A DNA stretch of 64,000 bases from Chrysomallon squamiferum. Lineage: Eukaryota > Animalia > Mollusca. The DNA is taken from assembly GCA_012295275.1 (NCBI GenBank), contig CM022674.1:558001-622000 (forward strand), written 5' to 3'. This document shows, in pieces, positions 15,346 through 29,704 of the stretch; position 1 is the stretch's first letter; every line of letters starts with the position of its first letter. The position numbers and the translations under genes were made by a program. The notes below the pieces were generated by a model that made no database searches, was not told the origin of the DNA, and was given only the letters and a program-made list of their open reading frames with translations.

Positions 15346-16997
15346 TCACAGATTATTACACACGACGATAACAGCCGGGCAGACGTTACCCACACACACA
15401 CCACAAATCAACAAGATGCTCTTTAATATCGGCGTGTTACAGCGGTCACATCGATATAAGCTCGTTTTCACTTGCTGGTCTCATCGACTGACTTTTCTAA
15501 CAGACAGATGATCATTTTCAACCATTTGACGCACGACAGATTTTTGTCAACGTCATTAATGATCCCCTCCCCCACCCCACGACAGGCGTGCTAGGACCAC
15601 CAGCGGATAACACGAACGTCGTTTTAAACGGTCGAGTGGTTGACAAATCGACGACGCTAAGGGAGAAAACGATTTGTGTCGCGTAAAACAATGATACGTC
15701 TAAATCTGTTACCGTCTAAAAAAAAAAACGTTTAAAAAACTCCCACAAAAAGCCGTGCTGGAGTTGAACCCGCAGCCAACGACGTCATCAGTTCGTTTAC
15801 AGATTGATTAATTAACCTCCACGGCAGACACTGAGTCGCATATGCCACGACGGGCGTGCTTGAAACCAGCAGAGTTTTTTTTTTTTTTTTTTTTACGCTT
15901 CACGGATTGACTGATTGATTGATTGACTGATTCAGGGTCGCGAGGATCTGGCACCTTTAACGGCAGAAATGGATGTGGCGCCTTTAAAAGTGCCGCTATT
16001 GATTAACTGGCATGTTGAAACAAGACGGAACGACTCGAGATCACCCAGCTATCAGCACGCGCAGGTCTTCTGCTTATCTCAGCTTAATTGCTGCAGGATT
16101 ACCAGAGAGATATATACAAGGAGAGGGATAAGGCAGGTGGAGGGTGTCTGTCTATCTGCTGCCTGCATATATGGAATTATGAGAAGAGAGGCAGAGAACG
16201 GATGAGGCAAGAAGTCACTGGGGAGGACTGAGTAGTTGCTGGTGCGTGTAAGGAAATTATAAACAAGTAGAGAAATGAGGGTGAGGCGTTTTTTTTTTTT
16301 TTTTTTTTTTGCTGGTGCGTGTAAGGAAATTGAGACTTAAGGAGGTAAACAAGAGAAGTCAGAAAGACGCGAGTTTTGAGGGTGAGAATAACGAACAGAC
16401 AGAGACGAGAGACTGAGACACCTAAGGGGGAGGACAGGGGGGAGGTTCTCCTGAAACATGCACAGAATTAAAATAGAGAAAAATACATATAAATATATAT
16501 ATATATATGTCGGTGGTGTGTGTGTGTGTGTGTGTGTATGTGTGTGTGTGTTCCATCCATAACTATACATGTATCGTGTGTCAATAGTAAACAAAGGTAC
16601 AGAGTCCATTTAGAGTCTTATTTATTACGAACACACTGGATCGCAATACAAAATGTTTTTCGTGGCAGTAGTAGAATAGCAGCAGCAACAGCAGCACTAG
16701 CAGTAGATGTAGTAATAGTAGTAGTAGCAGTAGTAGTAGTAGTAGCAACAGTAGTAGTAGTAGTTGTAGTATTAACGAACAATTTATTAAAATAAATAAA
16801 CAAGCCTTCGGCTGTATCGAACAGTTAGGCAACAATTCAGCATTAATAGTTTTTTTACGACTTTATTGGCTGTAGCTAATCGTAGTTTGTGAAATAAATC
16901 GACGTTATGTATTGCAGCCAATGAGAATTCCGGTATTATTCACTCCGTATTGATTTCACGGTTTAGTCCGAACAACGACCTGAAAACATGTTGTCAA

Positions 16998-17062
16998 AGG
17001 TGGACAAAGTGATTAAATTCATCTGAGGCAAGCCTTACGGTTGTGAGTTCGATTCCAGCTAA
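16998..17062 (+). mobile_element. Degenerate tRNA-derived SINE head or tRNA pseudogene
   Basis: A-box-like TGGACAAAGTGATTAA (17001) and B-box GAGTTCGATTCC (17045) at tRNA-like spacing. No intact cloverleaf. Confidence 0.4.
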
Positions 17063-17242
17063 TGATGCTCTTCCTCCATTGCATTTTCGTTCATTTTTTC
17101 TACTCACTTAATTACGTATTTGCTTATTGCTTACGTTCTTGTCGTTGTTACGTGTTTAATCTCTCATTTACCAAATTGATTACTTCTTTCGTTTATTCAT
17201 ATATTCTCAAATGTACAAATGTTATCATTTGTTCATGTTCTC

Positions 17243-17273
<31 letters not shown>

Positions 17274-18430
17274 TTGCCCATTTATTCAACATTATAAAAT
17301 AAGATTAATTTATTTTTCTTCCCTATCTTTATCCTCTTTCAATCTCTTAATTTTTTCTTCTGTCTTTCTTTCTTTCATTCTTTTCCATATCTTCTTCCTT
17401 TCTTACATTCAGCCGTCATTAACTAAATGTTTTAACACCAGAGAAGATGCGATAGATCAAAAAGTGTTCATCTTTCAACAATAAACACTTCGTTAGAACA
17501 GACCTCTGCTAGTTCAGAGAGTGTCCTCGGTGGTAATAGATGACAATAAAGACGAAGCAATTCAGACGTGTAATGATCCACTCAGGAAAGTATATCTCCC
17601 GAAAATTCAATAGAGTGATTTTGCGTTGGGATAACATGATGATAATTTAGCGCCAGTTTTTATCGAGTTAAGTCTTTCAGGGAATCAAGACGAAGACTTC
17701 ATAAATATAAAATGCTTTTCCATGATTAACAACGGTTATTGTCCTTGGCATTATGGAAAAGTTCAGTGAACGCTTGTTCTTGAAGGCTACGCGTTCGAAG
17801 CTCTTTGCCGGATTTAGTACCAGTTCGTTTGAAACGTCTACTGCGGTAATTTAATAGTTTGTGTGTGTGTGTGTGTGTGTTTGTGTGTCTATATATAAGT
17901 TGTATGTGTGTATGTACGTACGCATGTTTCCTTTTTTTTTTAATCAGTTCATCTGTTTGTCTGTTTGATGGATTATTTTAAACATCATCATCAGTTTTGT
18001 CAACATATTAATAACAGTATTATATCATCATCATTATCACATCTTTCTACATAATCCTAAATCACCCCAGAAGGTTCCTCTCGCCTCATCAGATTCTGAA
18101 AATGAAATAAGAAAAACCTGTGCACTCACCTTTAAAATATTTGTCTTCTGTTACGAGACCTTTACAGGCAGACGCAAAGGATTCTTTTTTGTATATTTTA
18201 AGAATACCGAGAACAATACACTTCTGATTTTGTGAAGAACCCAAGGAAGGATAAGATCTTATTTTGCAAATCAATAAATATGCTGGGTTTTTTTCTCTTT
18301 CTGTTACTGCTTTCGTTGTCATGGTTTCAAGGTTTCGCGACCCCCTAGTCTGCCAGACTGCTATTCTGAGAAAAGAAGTCGTAAACATTCTGAAGAATCG
18401 AAAACAGAATTTAAATTATTGTTATTTAAT

Positions 18431-18477
<47 letters not shown>

Positions 18478-20588
18478 TTTGTTTGTTTGTTTGTTTCGTT
18501 ATTTATTGTTGTTGTTGTCCTTTATTGTTTCCTATTACAACCACTACCAATACTACTACTACGACTACCACTACTACCACTGCTGCTACTACCACTGAAA
18601 CATTACCACTGCTATCATCACTATTACCTGAGGAAGACAATTTCAGTGAAAGTTATTTCCCCTGAGCAACCGACGTTACGTTATAAACGATTTCCGACAG
18701 AGTTATACCCCTTGTTCTCTGAATTACCAAATCTGGTGAATCCTACTGATTTAGGTACAGTAATAATAATAACAACAACAACATGGGAAAAAATGTTTTT
18801 AAAATATAGAAACAAACCATCAATAAATAAATTTTAGAATTTTTTAAAATAAAAAATAAATAAATAAATACAAAATATTAAATAAAAGAAATAAACAAAG
18901 GAATCAGAAATATGAACTTACGATTTGGAATTCAAAGTATTATTTAAAAAACAAAATTACGATGAAGATAGTAACCACGATAATCATAGTAACAACAAGA
19001 AGAACACAAAATAATAATAGTAATAATAATAATAATAATAATAAATAATAGTAATAATAATAATGATAATGATAATATTTTGAATATTTAAAAGAGATCA
19101 TTTAGGATTTGAGAGTCTCAAAAAAACTGACAGTGTTCATATTATTGTTATTACTAGCCAATAGCTAGAATTATTTTTTGTAATATTTTGTGCACTTTTA
19201 TAGTGGTAACCATAGAAACGAATGAGATGTTTGAAAGGTTAGGACGTCATATGTTGTCAAAAAAGAAGAAAACCTAAAAACAGAAAACAAACAAAATAAT
19301 AAAATAAAATAAAAAATCAGTGTGACCCATACCCTATAGCCAATAGCCTGTCCTCGTTTTCATAGTGCATATGTACTAAAAATCTACAAGTAATATATTA
19401 TATTACACAAGAAATCCATCCTGATGTTTCTCACAGAATTCCCCAAATATATCTTTTCTATTCTCTTTTCAAGGCAAAACCAAACCGATCCTTTCTCTCG
19501 TTACCAGCCGAGGACTGGCGAATGTTCTCCTTCAAGCTTTTGTCTTTATTCTATTAAATGTAACGCGAGTTTCTAACGCAATTAAGACTGCATTAGTGTA
19601 TGTTCAGTTGAATTAGCGTTTGAATTCTCTTTCCGCGAATCTCCGTAAAAATCTAACTGGGCCCGGCGTTTTTCTTAAGACGAGGCACTAATCATATTCA
19701 TGCCCCAGAAAATGCACACACCTAGTAACCTTAATGTTAGACAACACGAACCGAAAAGTGTTTAAAATGAAATCATTGAAGGGTCGATAATCCGGTAACG
19801 TACGTTTCACGCGCAAAAGATATACAAGTTGACGTTTAACTCTTTATGACGTAGTGACGTTGTGATATTATGACGTAGTGGTGCTATGACGTTGTGGTGC
19901 TATGACGTAATGATGCTAAAAAATGCTCTCAGTTGTCGCGGGTTTTTATGATATTAAAGTGAAACATATCGTTAGTAGAAGAGAAATAAATTCTCGAGTT
20001 GCAGTTTATTAATTGGCATATTTTGTATTTCTTCTTTCATTCATCATTCTCTGTCTTTTTTCTTTTATTCCTCTTTTAAATTTTTTAAAACTTATTTTAT
20101 GTTCTTTTTCCTTCGTTCCATCTTTTTCTTCTCCTTTCTTTCCTTTCTTTCTTTCTTTCTCCTCCTTTCATTCTTCCGTCCCTTCCTTCTATCCACTCCA
20201 TCATACCATTTCGCAATTCCATTTTCGATCTCCATATATTCTTTTAAATCATTTCGTTACTCCAGAAAAAAAAAACGAGAAAAAAAAACACCAACACTTT
20301 CTAATCCATATTTGATGCATGTTCAGATTTGCAGCTACCAGAGAATCTTACTCGTCTCTTCACATACAATTACTCGACCCAGGCGAAACATTAAGAGTCG
20401 TCCTTAAAATGTCATTGTTCAATCTGGAGGCGAGCTCGGGGGATAAAAGCTGCATTAGCGGAGACATATCGTTTTACAGCGAAAGCCTCGGTGCAGTTTG
20501 GAGTAACAGTGAGACGTGAGGGCAAGTGAGAGAGGATGAACATTAGCATAGCGTTAGAATTAACACAAGACGCTGTAGGGATAAAGAT

Positions 20589-20693
<105 letters not shown>

Positions 20694-20935
20694 ACAGAGT
20701 TAGATATATGGAGAGAAGAGAAACAGAGAGACATATGAAGACAGAAAGAGGGAGAGACAACAGTTGTACTAATTGGCTCTAGTATTGGTATAAAAAAAAG
20801 TAAAAAATAAAAAATAAAAAATAAAAAAAAAAAAAATATGGGCTCATCATGGGCTTCTACACACCGGTTTTCATCAAATATTCGCTCATGTGAAAAAAAC
20901 CATGCAAACAAAACAACAACAACAATAATAATAAT

Positions 20936-21032
<97 letters not shown>

Positions 21033-22003
21033 AAAACGGGATCTGAGAAATTCATAAACCGATTAAGCGCTGAAAAGATTACGTAAAACTTATTAAAAAT
21101 GTTTCAATAGAGTGCGAAAAAAAATATATGTAGAACAAAATTAATAATGAAATTAGATGTTAGTGACGTAAAACAAGCAGGTATTTGACCAGCATTATAT
21201 ATATATATGTATGTATATATGTGGAAGAGAAATAAGAGAATATTAGATAGTCGAGAAGAAAAAAGAAGATAGAGAAGGACAGAAGAAAACTGACAGAAAG
21301 AAAAAGATGAGACACAGAGACAAGGCTCTGTAAAGAGATATTTTGTTGTTTTGCACATAATTTGAAAAGTAAATCTTTCCGAAGTAGCTGTAACAATGAA
21401 ACCAAAAAGTATAGTTTTTAAAATTATTAGAAACCAACTAAACAACGACAACAGCGATGCAACAACAGCAGCAACAGCAAAAACCACCAGACGAAGTAAA
21501 AAATATTAGTGTTTCCACGAAACAAGAAATAGACTTACACCGTCAAGAGCAAATTTTGTAATCATTCTTCAGGTGTTTATATATCAGACAAGAAACATAA
21601 ATAAAACAATATGAATCCATTTCAGTGTAATATATTTGTATATATTATCACACAGTTGTAAGTATATGGTCCCCAAAGGCCATGCCTCTTTACACAGAAA
21701 ACCAAACAATAGGCTCAGAGCAAAAAGCTCCCCTACAGTCGTTGATAAGCTCTGTTTAAACTACACATTGTTACGAAGCGAGTAAAAAAAATGACCCCCT
21801 GGAAGTAATAGGCTCTTCAGTGTCGTAAAACCTGATAGGACCATAAGAATTAAATTTTACGTTAAAGTTATTTTAATTTAAGAATAGTAATAGATTTGAT
21901 TAGGAAAAGAGGTTTCAGTTATTTACCTGTAATTAGTTAATTTGTCTGTGAGGTGTGTGATATGGAATGGTGTGTGGGTGTGTTTGTGTGTGAGAGAGAG
22001 AAG

Positions 22004-22096
<93 letters not shown>

Positions 22097-23270
22097 AAAA
22101 AAAAAAAAGATGAGAGATAAAGGATTAGACAAACAGACAAAGAATGAAGGAAACAGAAAAACAAAGACAGACAATAAAGGAGATAGATAATGAGAATACA
22201 AGCGAGGTAGACAGAGAAAGACAAAGCCTGCGAGGGGGAAATTAGATAGAGAAATAAGAACAGAGAAAATGAGAGCGAGAGAGAGAGATAGATAGAGAGA
22301 AAAGAAAGAAAATACTGAAAATACTGATAATAAATAATGAGAGACAAAGGGAGAATGAGGAGAGACAAGATAGACAGATAGACAGAGAAAGAGAGAGAAA
22401 GAGTGAGAGCGAGAGATAGGGAGAGACAGAGAGGGAGAGAAAGGAATAAACAGAAACATTGTGTTCATTTATTTCTTGTTTGTAACTATCTCTCACAAAG
22501 GAGTCTGATTGTACTTTAAACGTGACATAGATCTTCCCAGCTCTGCGAACGAAAACGTAATCTATACTACATAAAGAAACTAAACACACGAATCAACAGT
22601 TACAGTTTTCTAAGTAACGATAAACATGTTTCATAACAAACAAACAAAATAAAAAGCAACAACGTACAGTTAGAAAACTCAAGGGAAAACAAAAGACAAA
22701 TCTATAGTAATTTCTTCTTATTTTTTTTTTTTTCGTTCTTATTTTTACAAGCACTATCATCACAGTTTAACGGAAAATCGATCCATTATTAATAAAAGTA
22801 CACATTATTCGGTAAATGATTGCAAAAAGAAGAGAAAAAAAAAAGAAGAAAAGAAAAAAACAATTATTATAATCGTTCTACCTCAAAGGCTGTATACGAA
22901 TTGACCGAAATTTTGTATCAGTCTGTTTCAACGTAAACATGTTTCAGTAGCAGATTGAGATTTTTTAAGGGGATGGGGTGTTACCGGGATTTTTTTGATT
23001 GACTAGATAATTCTGACCTTAAAAAAATACTCACTCGGTTGTGAATATAGATACTTCTCTAGCAAAAATATATTTCGTAAAAAAAAAAAAAAAAAAAAAA
23101 AAATGAACTTTGGTTGTCACAAGAAGTAAATAATTATAATTGATTTTTATATTTGTTCTGTTTCCATTCTTTGAAGTATATAAATAAATACATTAAGTAG
23201 ATTAAGAATATATAATAAACACACCTGTATTTTCTCTGTTTAATTACAAGTATGTGTGAGCGCGGTTTGT

Positions 23271-23310
<40 letters not shown>

Positions 23311-23505
23311 CTGTGTGTGTCTGTGTGTTTGTGTGTATGTGTGTGTGTGTGTGTGTGTGTGTCTGTGAATGTTTGTGTCTGTGTTTGTGTATGTGTGTAG
23401 TGTGTGTGTGTTGCAACGAATTACTCTTGCTGAAGAAAGCACACAAGAACAAATTGTTGCAACAACAACTCTTGTGAAACTGCAACTTCCTACTAGTACT
23501 ACTAC

Positions 23506-23559
<54 letters not shown>

Positions 23560-24131
23560 TAATAATGAAAATGATAAGTTCAATAACTTCAGCAACAACT
23601 TCTACAGCAGAATGTGCACTTTGAAAGAGAAAGACAGAAATTTCTGTGACATTTTAAAAATTAGTTCAAAACCATCACTTCGACATCAACGATTTTTCTA
23701 AACCTAACACAAACGACATGACGTAGAAAAGTATTGCTATTTCTATTCAACTCTCCCAGGAATCAGTAATCTGTAACAAAATGACATCTGTTTTTCTTCT
23801 TCTTCTTCTTCTTCTTCTTCTTCTTTTTCTTCTTCTTTTTCTTCATCATCATTATCTTCTTTTCGTTCTGCTTTTCATTATCGTCATCATCACCTTTTTT
23901 TTCTTCTTCTTCTTCTTCTTCACAGCCAGTTATAACGGCTGGAGTCAGAACAAGATTTCCAGCTAAAACAATACTTTCTATTTCTCAAGTGTTTCATTTA
24001 CCAGACTACAATTTTTACTACTTCTACTACCACTACTATTACTACAGTACTACTACCACTGATACTACCACCACCACCACAACCACCACTACTACTTCTG
24101 CTGCTACTGCAACTACCACCACTACTATTCT

Positions 24132-24178
<47 letters not shown>

Positions 24179-24418
24179 TCGGAAAAAGGACACACAACCT
24201 TTCAGCTTCAGGACAAGTTAATTTACGTTTCATCTGATTTCTTTGGCAAACTGTACACTTAATTTTGACTCCAGACATTGTCCTGAGTGACAATAAAAAC
24301 AGACTGTTAATCAGTGAGCTGCTTTCTGAATGACGATGTGACATCTTTAAGTTTACGTTCCGTGACTGCGCCTATTATGTAGTTAATCTTTTTTCAGCTC
24401 AATTACTTTACGGGTGGG

Positions 24419-24449
<31 letters not shown>

Positions 24450-24761
24450 TGTTGTTTCCCCATTTTCTGATGAGATAGCAATTATGTCGAACGAAGAGTA
24501 ATTATTTTTCTGTGCTACAAACAAGGAGCAGTGACTAAGCAGATAAATGAGGAATCACTCACAGACGAACGGACACGCGAGGTGAACTGGAGAAAATGTA
24601 AACGTGACGACGAATGAAGCGTGTCCGACTGTCTCCTTCGATCTCCTTTTATTTCACACTAATTCTATGTCTCCTCCTCTCTCCTGTATTTTGTCTTATT
24701 GTCTGTCTACGTATTTATCTAATATCTCCATATTTGTTTCTCTGTCTATCATATATTATAT

Positions 24762-24815
<54 letters not shown>

Positions 24816-25674
24816 TGTGTGTGTGTGTGTGTGTGTTATCAATCTAGGTAGTAAAACAGCAAAAATAATATGCAGCTAAACCGGATATAAAGTGAATAGT
24901 CTTTTTTTTTCTATTATTTGCTCTTCTAATTTTTTATTTACTTTTTTTTTTTATAATTTTTATAAATTTTTTTTTTTATTATTATTATTTATTTTTATTT
25001 CCTTTACAAAACGAACTCATCAAAACGTTATCGCTTTTCGAACAGATTTGCTTCCCTTTGGACGCCGCCATATTTAATTCTTTCCGGCATCCTACGCAGT
25101 ACGAAAGTTATAAATATCTAATTATTTCCAAATCTCATTACCGAAGTTTTATCATCTCAAACACACGCATCCACATGTCCGTGTGCGGCAGTCTGAACGC
25201 AGGGATGAACAGGCAATTCCGCTTGGAAATTGAAACACGAACAACAAAAGAAACTGGAATAAACATCTGTGCACGCAGATACAATTTAGAACTCAGAAAA
25301 ACAGTTATAATTAGATCAGCTCGTTTCTTAACGGGCTGTTTGGTGACGCGCTGATTAGGACGGCAGACCAAGGACAACCTGATCGCGGTGTCGTGTGATG
25401 ATGGTAGAACTGTCAGCTCTCTACCCGCGGGTAGTTAGTTGTAAATAGCAGACTAACACCTCCAGCCTTTCCCGTAGAATGCACCTCTAATTTAGTTATT
25501 GTAGACATACGTACACACACGCACACACACACACAGACATCCATACAAACATACATATACATACATACATACATACATACATACACGACATCCATATATA
25601 TATATATATATATATAATTGACTTAAGACAACAGAATATTCGTTAGGTGTTGTGTGTGTGAAAACAGAATATTC

Positions 25675-25730
<56 letters not shown>

Positions 25731-28093
25731 CTGTTGCGCAATTAGCTGCAGGTTTAGGAGTATTTTAGAAAAATGGTTTAACTTCAAAATACTTAATAAA
25801 TAAACTGTCGTCTAAGAATTATTTTCTTTTGATGAATAGCTGTCGTACGCGTGAATCTGCTACTCTGGAAAGCTGAAATCTGAGAAAGAAAATAACTCCA
25901 TTTAGTTTTTAGCATTGATATTGTTGTTATTATTTATTTATTTAATTTTATTTCTGAATTTCCCTTTTTTTTCATAGTTTTAAAATTATTATCGATTTGT
26001 TTTTTTTGTGTTATCGTTGTTATGTATTTATTTATTTATTTATTTATTTATTTAGTTATTTCTCAGTCCATTTTTTCTTTATTCAACAGTTTTACAGAAT
26101 AAGCCACCTGCGTCTCTGACATATCATCACTGAAAATGCAAACACATTCCTAATTGTCAATTCTGGAAACATTCAGCAATTTGAACGATCGTGTTTTTTT
26201 TTTTTTTTTTTTTCTCTGCAGCGCAGTTAATAAAGCTATGAATGAGAAAATAAATAGGAGCAAACTGATTCATACTGGTGTACGTCAACACGTAATGAAC
26301 GCTCCGTCAAGAGTGGGATCAGATCCGCTCATGAATAACGGGACGATTGAAATAACAGTGATTTCACTGGAAAACATAGTCGCACTTCGGAGAAGTGAAA
26401 CAGATTTCGTTTAGACCAGAGAGGAAGAGGCGGGGTGGTAGTTTCCACGACGTAAACGTCACTTTTATCCTAAAAAAAATAAAATAAAAAGGTATATATT
26501 TTAGATCTGTAGTAAAAAAAAAAACTAAATTAAATTAAAATTAAAAACAGTCATTCAAGTATTTATGACAAAAACTGATGTAAACTTCTGACGAATATTC
26601 TGCAAAAAAAAAAAAAAAAAAAAAAAGGTACACATCGAATTCTTATACAAAGGGTCTTGATTTTAAAGCTGTTCTGAATTATAAGTTTTTCTTTAATGAA
26701 TGAAAATAATAATAATAATAATAGATGCGTATCTCCCATGTTTCAGCAGAAACAAGTAGACAAAGAAAAAGGTGATGACGATGATGATGATGAAAGAATA
26801 ATTAATATTTATAGCATAATAAGTAAAATGTATTGGTGATAACTGTTTAATTGGAATATAACCCTTCCACTAGCAAATGTAAACCTGTCGTAGTAGTAAT
26901 GGCACCAGTAGTAGAAGTATATAGTAGTAGTAGTCGCAGCAGCATCAGTAGTAGTAATAGCAGTAGTAGTAGTAGTAGTATATAGTAATAGTGGTAGAAG
27001 TAATAGTCGTATAGAGTAACAATAGTATAAGACATAGTAGTAGTAGTAGGAGATGTAGTAGTTGTAGTAACAGTTGAAGTAATAGTTGTAGTAGTAGTAG
27101 TTGTAGTAAGAGTAGAAGTAATAGTTGTAGTAGTAGTAGCTGTAGTAACAGTTGAAGTAATAGTTGTAGTAGTAGTAGTTGTAGTAACAGTAGAAGTAAA
27201 AGTTGTAGTAGTAGTAGGAGATCTGCTGGTAATAACAGCAGTCGTAATAACAGTAATAGCGGCACTGAGAAGAAGAAGAAGAAGATGATGATGATGATGA
27301 TGATGTCGGTCACGACATTAACGACGCCTGCGACGACGACGACGACAGAAGAGAAAAGTCGTCAGCGGTCGAGCGAAATGCGCGTTATTACGATGTTTAG
27401 TCTGCGGACAAGATTAAAGCGCGAGTCATTCTCCGACTTAATCACGAACAAACTCGGTGATTTTCGATGAATAGAGCCGACAATATCCGGAGAGCCGAAA
27501 TGACATTTACGCGGGCCTGATGGCTTAGCGTCCACTGCCACAAAAGCTTCTCGCAGGACCATACAAATGTCACACCGTGAAAACTAATGACGTTTTCGGC
27601 TTCCGTGGATGCGGTTGCTATTATCGTTCGGTCTCGATTTTTCCTGAAGACGAAGTTCTTCGTTTCCAAGTGCACGAAGGGAAGTCGTAGTACGCGGTAA
27701 GTGGATGGAGGCCAATAAAGAGAGCTCTCCTATTAAAAAAAAAGGGATTTCTTTTCTTTAGTGTGTAGAGAAATGGTGTCGTTGATGATGTTGTCGTTGT
27801 TTGTCGTTGTCGTTGTTGTTGTTGTTTTCGTTTTTTCCTGTAAAATTGTAGTGTAATGTACTACGATCAATGAAGAAGTAAAAAAGAAGATAATGAAGAC
27901 AAAATTGCAGCGACAACGACCACAAGAAGAAGAGCGAAAATCAAGAAATACACACGGTAACCAAGAGATCACCAACAACAGCAACAGCAAAAAAAAAAAA
28001 AAAAAAAATTAGTTATCACAATAACGACAGCAACAAGTACTACGTCTGTTATAGCAAATCATACTATTGCTGCCACTACTACTGCTGCTGCTG

Positions 28094-28126
<33 letters not shown>

Positions 28127-28279
28127 TTAAAACCATTACAAGACGTACTAATAATACGGTTACAGCTACTACTACTGCTACACTCTTTATACTGGTTTCA
28201 GTGCGTTTATATTGTTACACAAGAATCAACATTACATCAATCACTACTGATACAAATAATAATAGCAACAACGACAACG

Positions 28280-28311
<32 letters not shown>

Positions 28312-28899
28312 AATAATAATAATAGCAATAATAATAAGAACAATAATAATGATGATTATGGTGATAATTATAATAATAAGAAGAAGACCACAACAACAAC
28401 AACAACAATAATAATAATAATAATAATAATGAGGAAGAAAATTACAAGAGCGACTTAGACACTGATGACGTCAAAAAATAAGAAAATCAGCGGATAAGCA
28501 GTATTGCAGCCTATGTGGATGTTTATCAGTGATTAATTTTGTTAATATCCATATATGCGTACGTCACGGCTATAAGTGCTTTTTTGACGTTCAGTCATTA
28601 TCAGCCAACGATCAGCTTACACCAGAGAAATAATTTTCTTACGGCAACAATTAGTATAGGCTCGATCACACAACATAATTTTTTGAAACGATTTCGACGA
28701 CGAAATATGCATGTAAAATGTTATTTACATGTCATCGTAATAAATGGAAAAGAATAGAAAATAATTAAATAGAGTTTTAAAATTATATAATTAATTAACT
28801 AAAGGATATTTCACACTGCACATCCTACAGAAACGATTTAATATAAAACAGCTCGACTAGCAATTTTGGACATTTCTAACAGTACTGCTGCTGCTTCTA

Positions 28900-29085
28900 C
28901 TATTACTGTTACTACTAAAACTATATCAACTACTACTACTACTACTGTTACTACTAGAACTATATCAACTACTACTACTAATGTTACCACTAGAACTATA
29001 TCAATTACTACTACCACTGTTACTACTAGAACTATATCAACTACTACTACTACTGTTACTACTAGAACTATATCAACTGCTACTA
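28900..29085. repeat. ~36-bp minisatellite derived from (ACT)n, 5 units
   Basis: ACTGTTACTACTAGAACTATATCAACTACTACTACT repeated. Confidence 0.85.
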
Positions 29086-29668
29086 TTAAGGCTACTACTG
29101 ATATCATTACCTCTATTACTATTACTACTATTATTGATATAACTGCTATTACTACAACATTATCCGCAGATGCTGTTGTTGTTGCTGCTACTACTTGTCC
29201 TACTCATACTAGTAGCAGCAGTTGTACTAAGCTAGTGCTGTTAAATTTAATAACAGCAGCATCAATAGCTGTGGTAATAGTTGCAGCTTTGATAGTAATC
29301 GTAATGTTTGTAATAGCACAGTAGTTTTAATAAGTAATAATGGTACTAGATATAACAGAAGCAATTGCACCAGTAACTGTTGTAGCTGTTGTTTCTGCTG
29401 CTGTTGTTGTTGCAGAAAGAAAAAAAAAAAAGAAAAATTAATAGAAATTAATTCTTAAGTTAAGACACCCATAGTACCTTTTAATTTTTTTTTTTTTTTT
29501 TTTTTTTACAAATATGCTTTTAATATATCAGGTGAGTTTGTATTATCTTACAGAAAAATACTTTAGTGTATTCTGTTATTATCAGATTGATACTTCTGGC
29601 AGTAGAAAAGATTAATGAAAGAAATAGAAAACAGGCAAAATACTAATATAGGACAGAAAGGTGGGGGG

Positions 29669-29704
<36 letters not shown>

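Noticed and set aside
16237-16331. Direct repeat TGCTGGTGCGTGTAAGGAAATT flanking a short insert with poly-T, as a retro-insertion with target-site duplication
   Set aside because: The poly-T lies at the wrong end for target-primed insertion, and the insert resembles downstream sequence. A local duplication fits better.
28866-29324. Thr-rich mucin-like 152-aa ORF with a hydrophobic end
   Set aside because: Derived from (ACT)n and a 36-bp repeat, with no ATG start, signal peptide or splice support.
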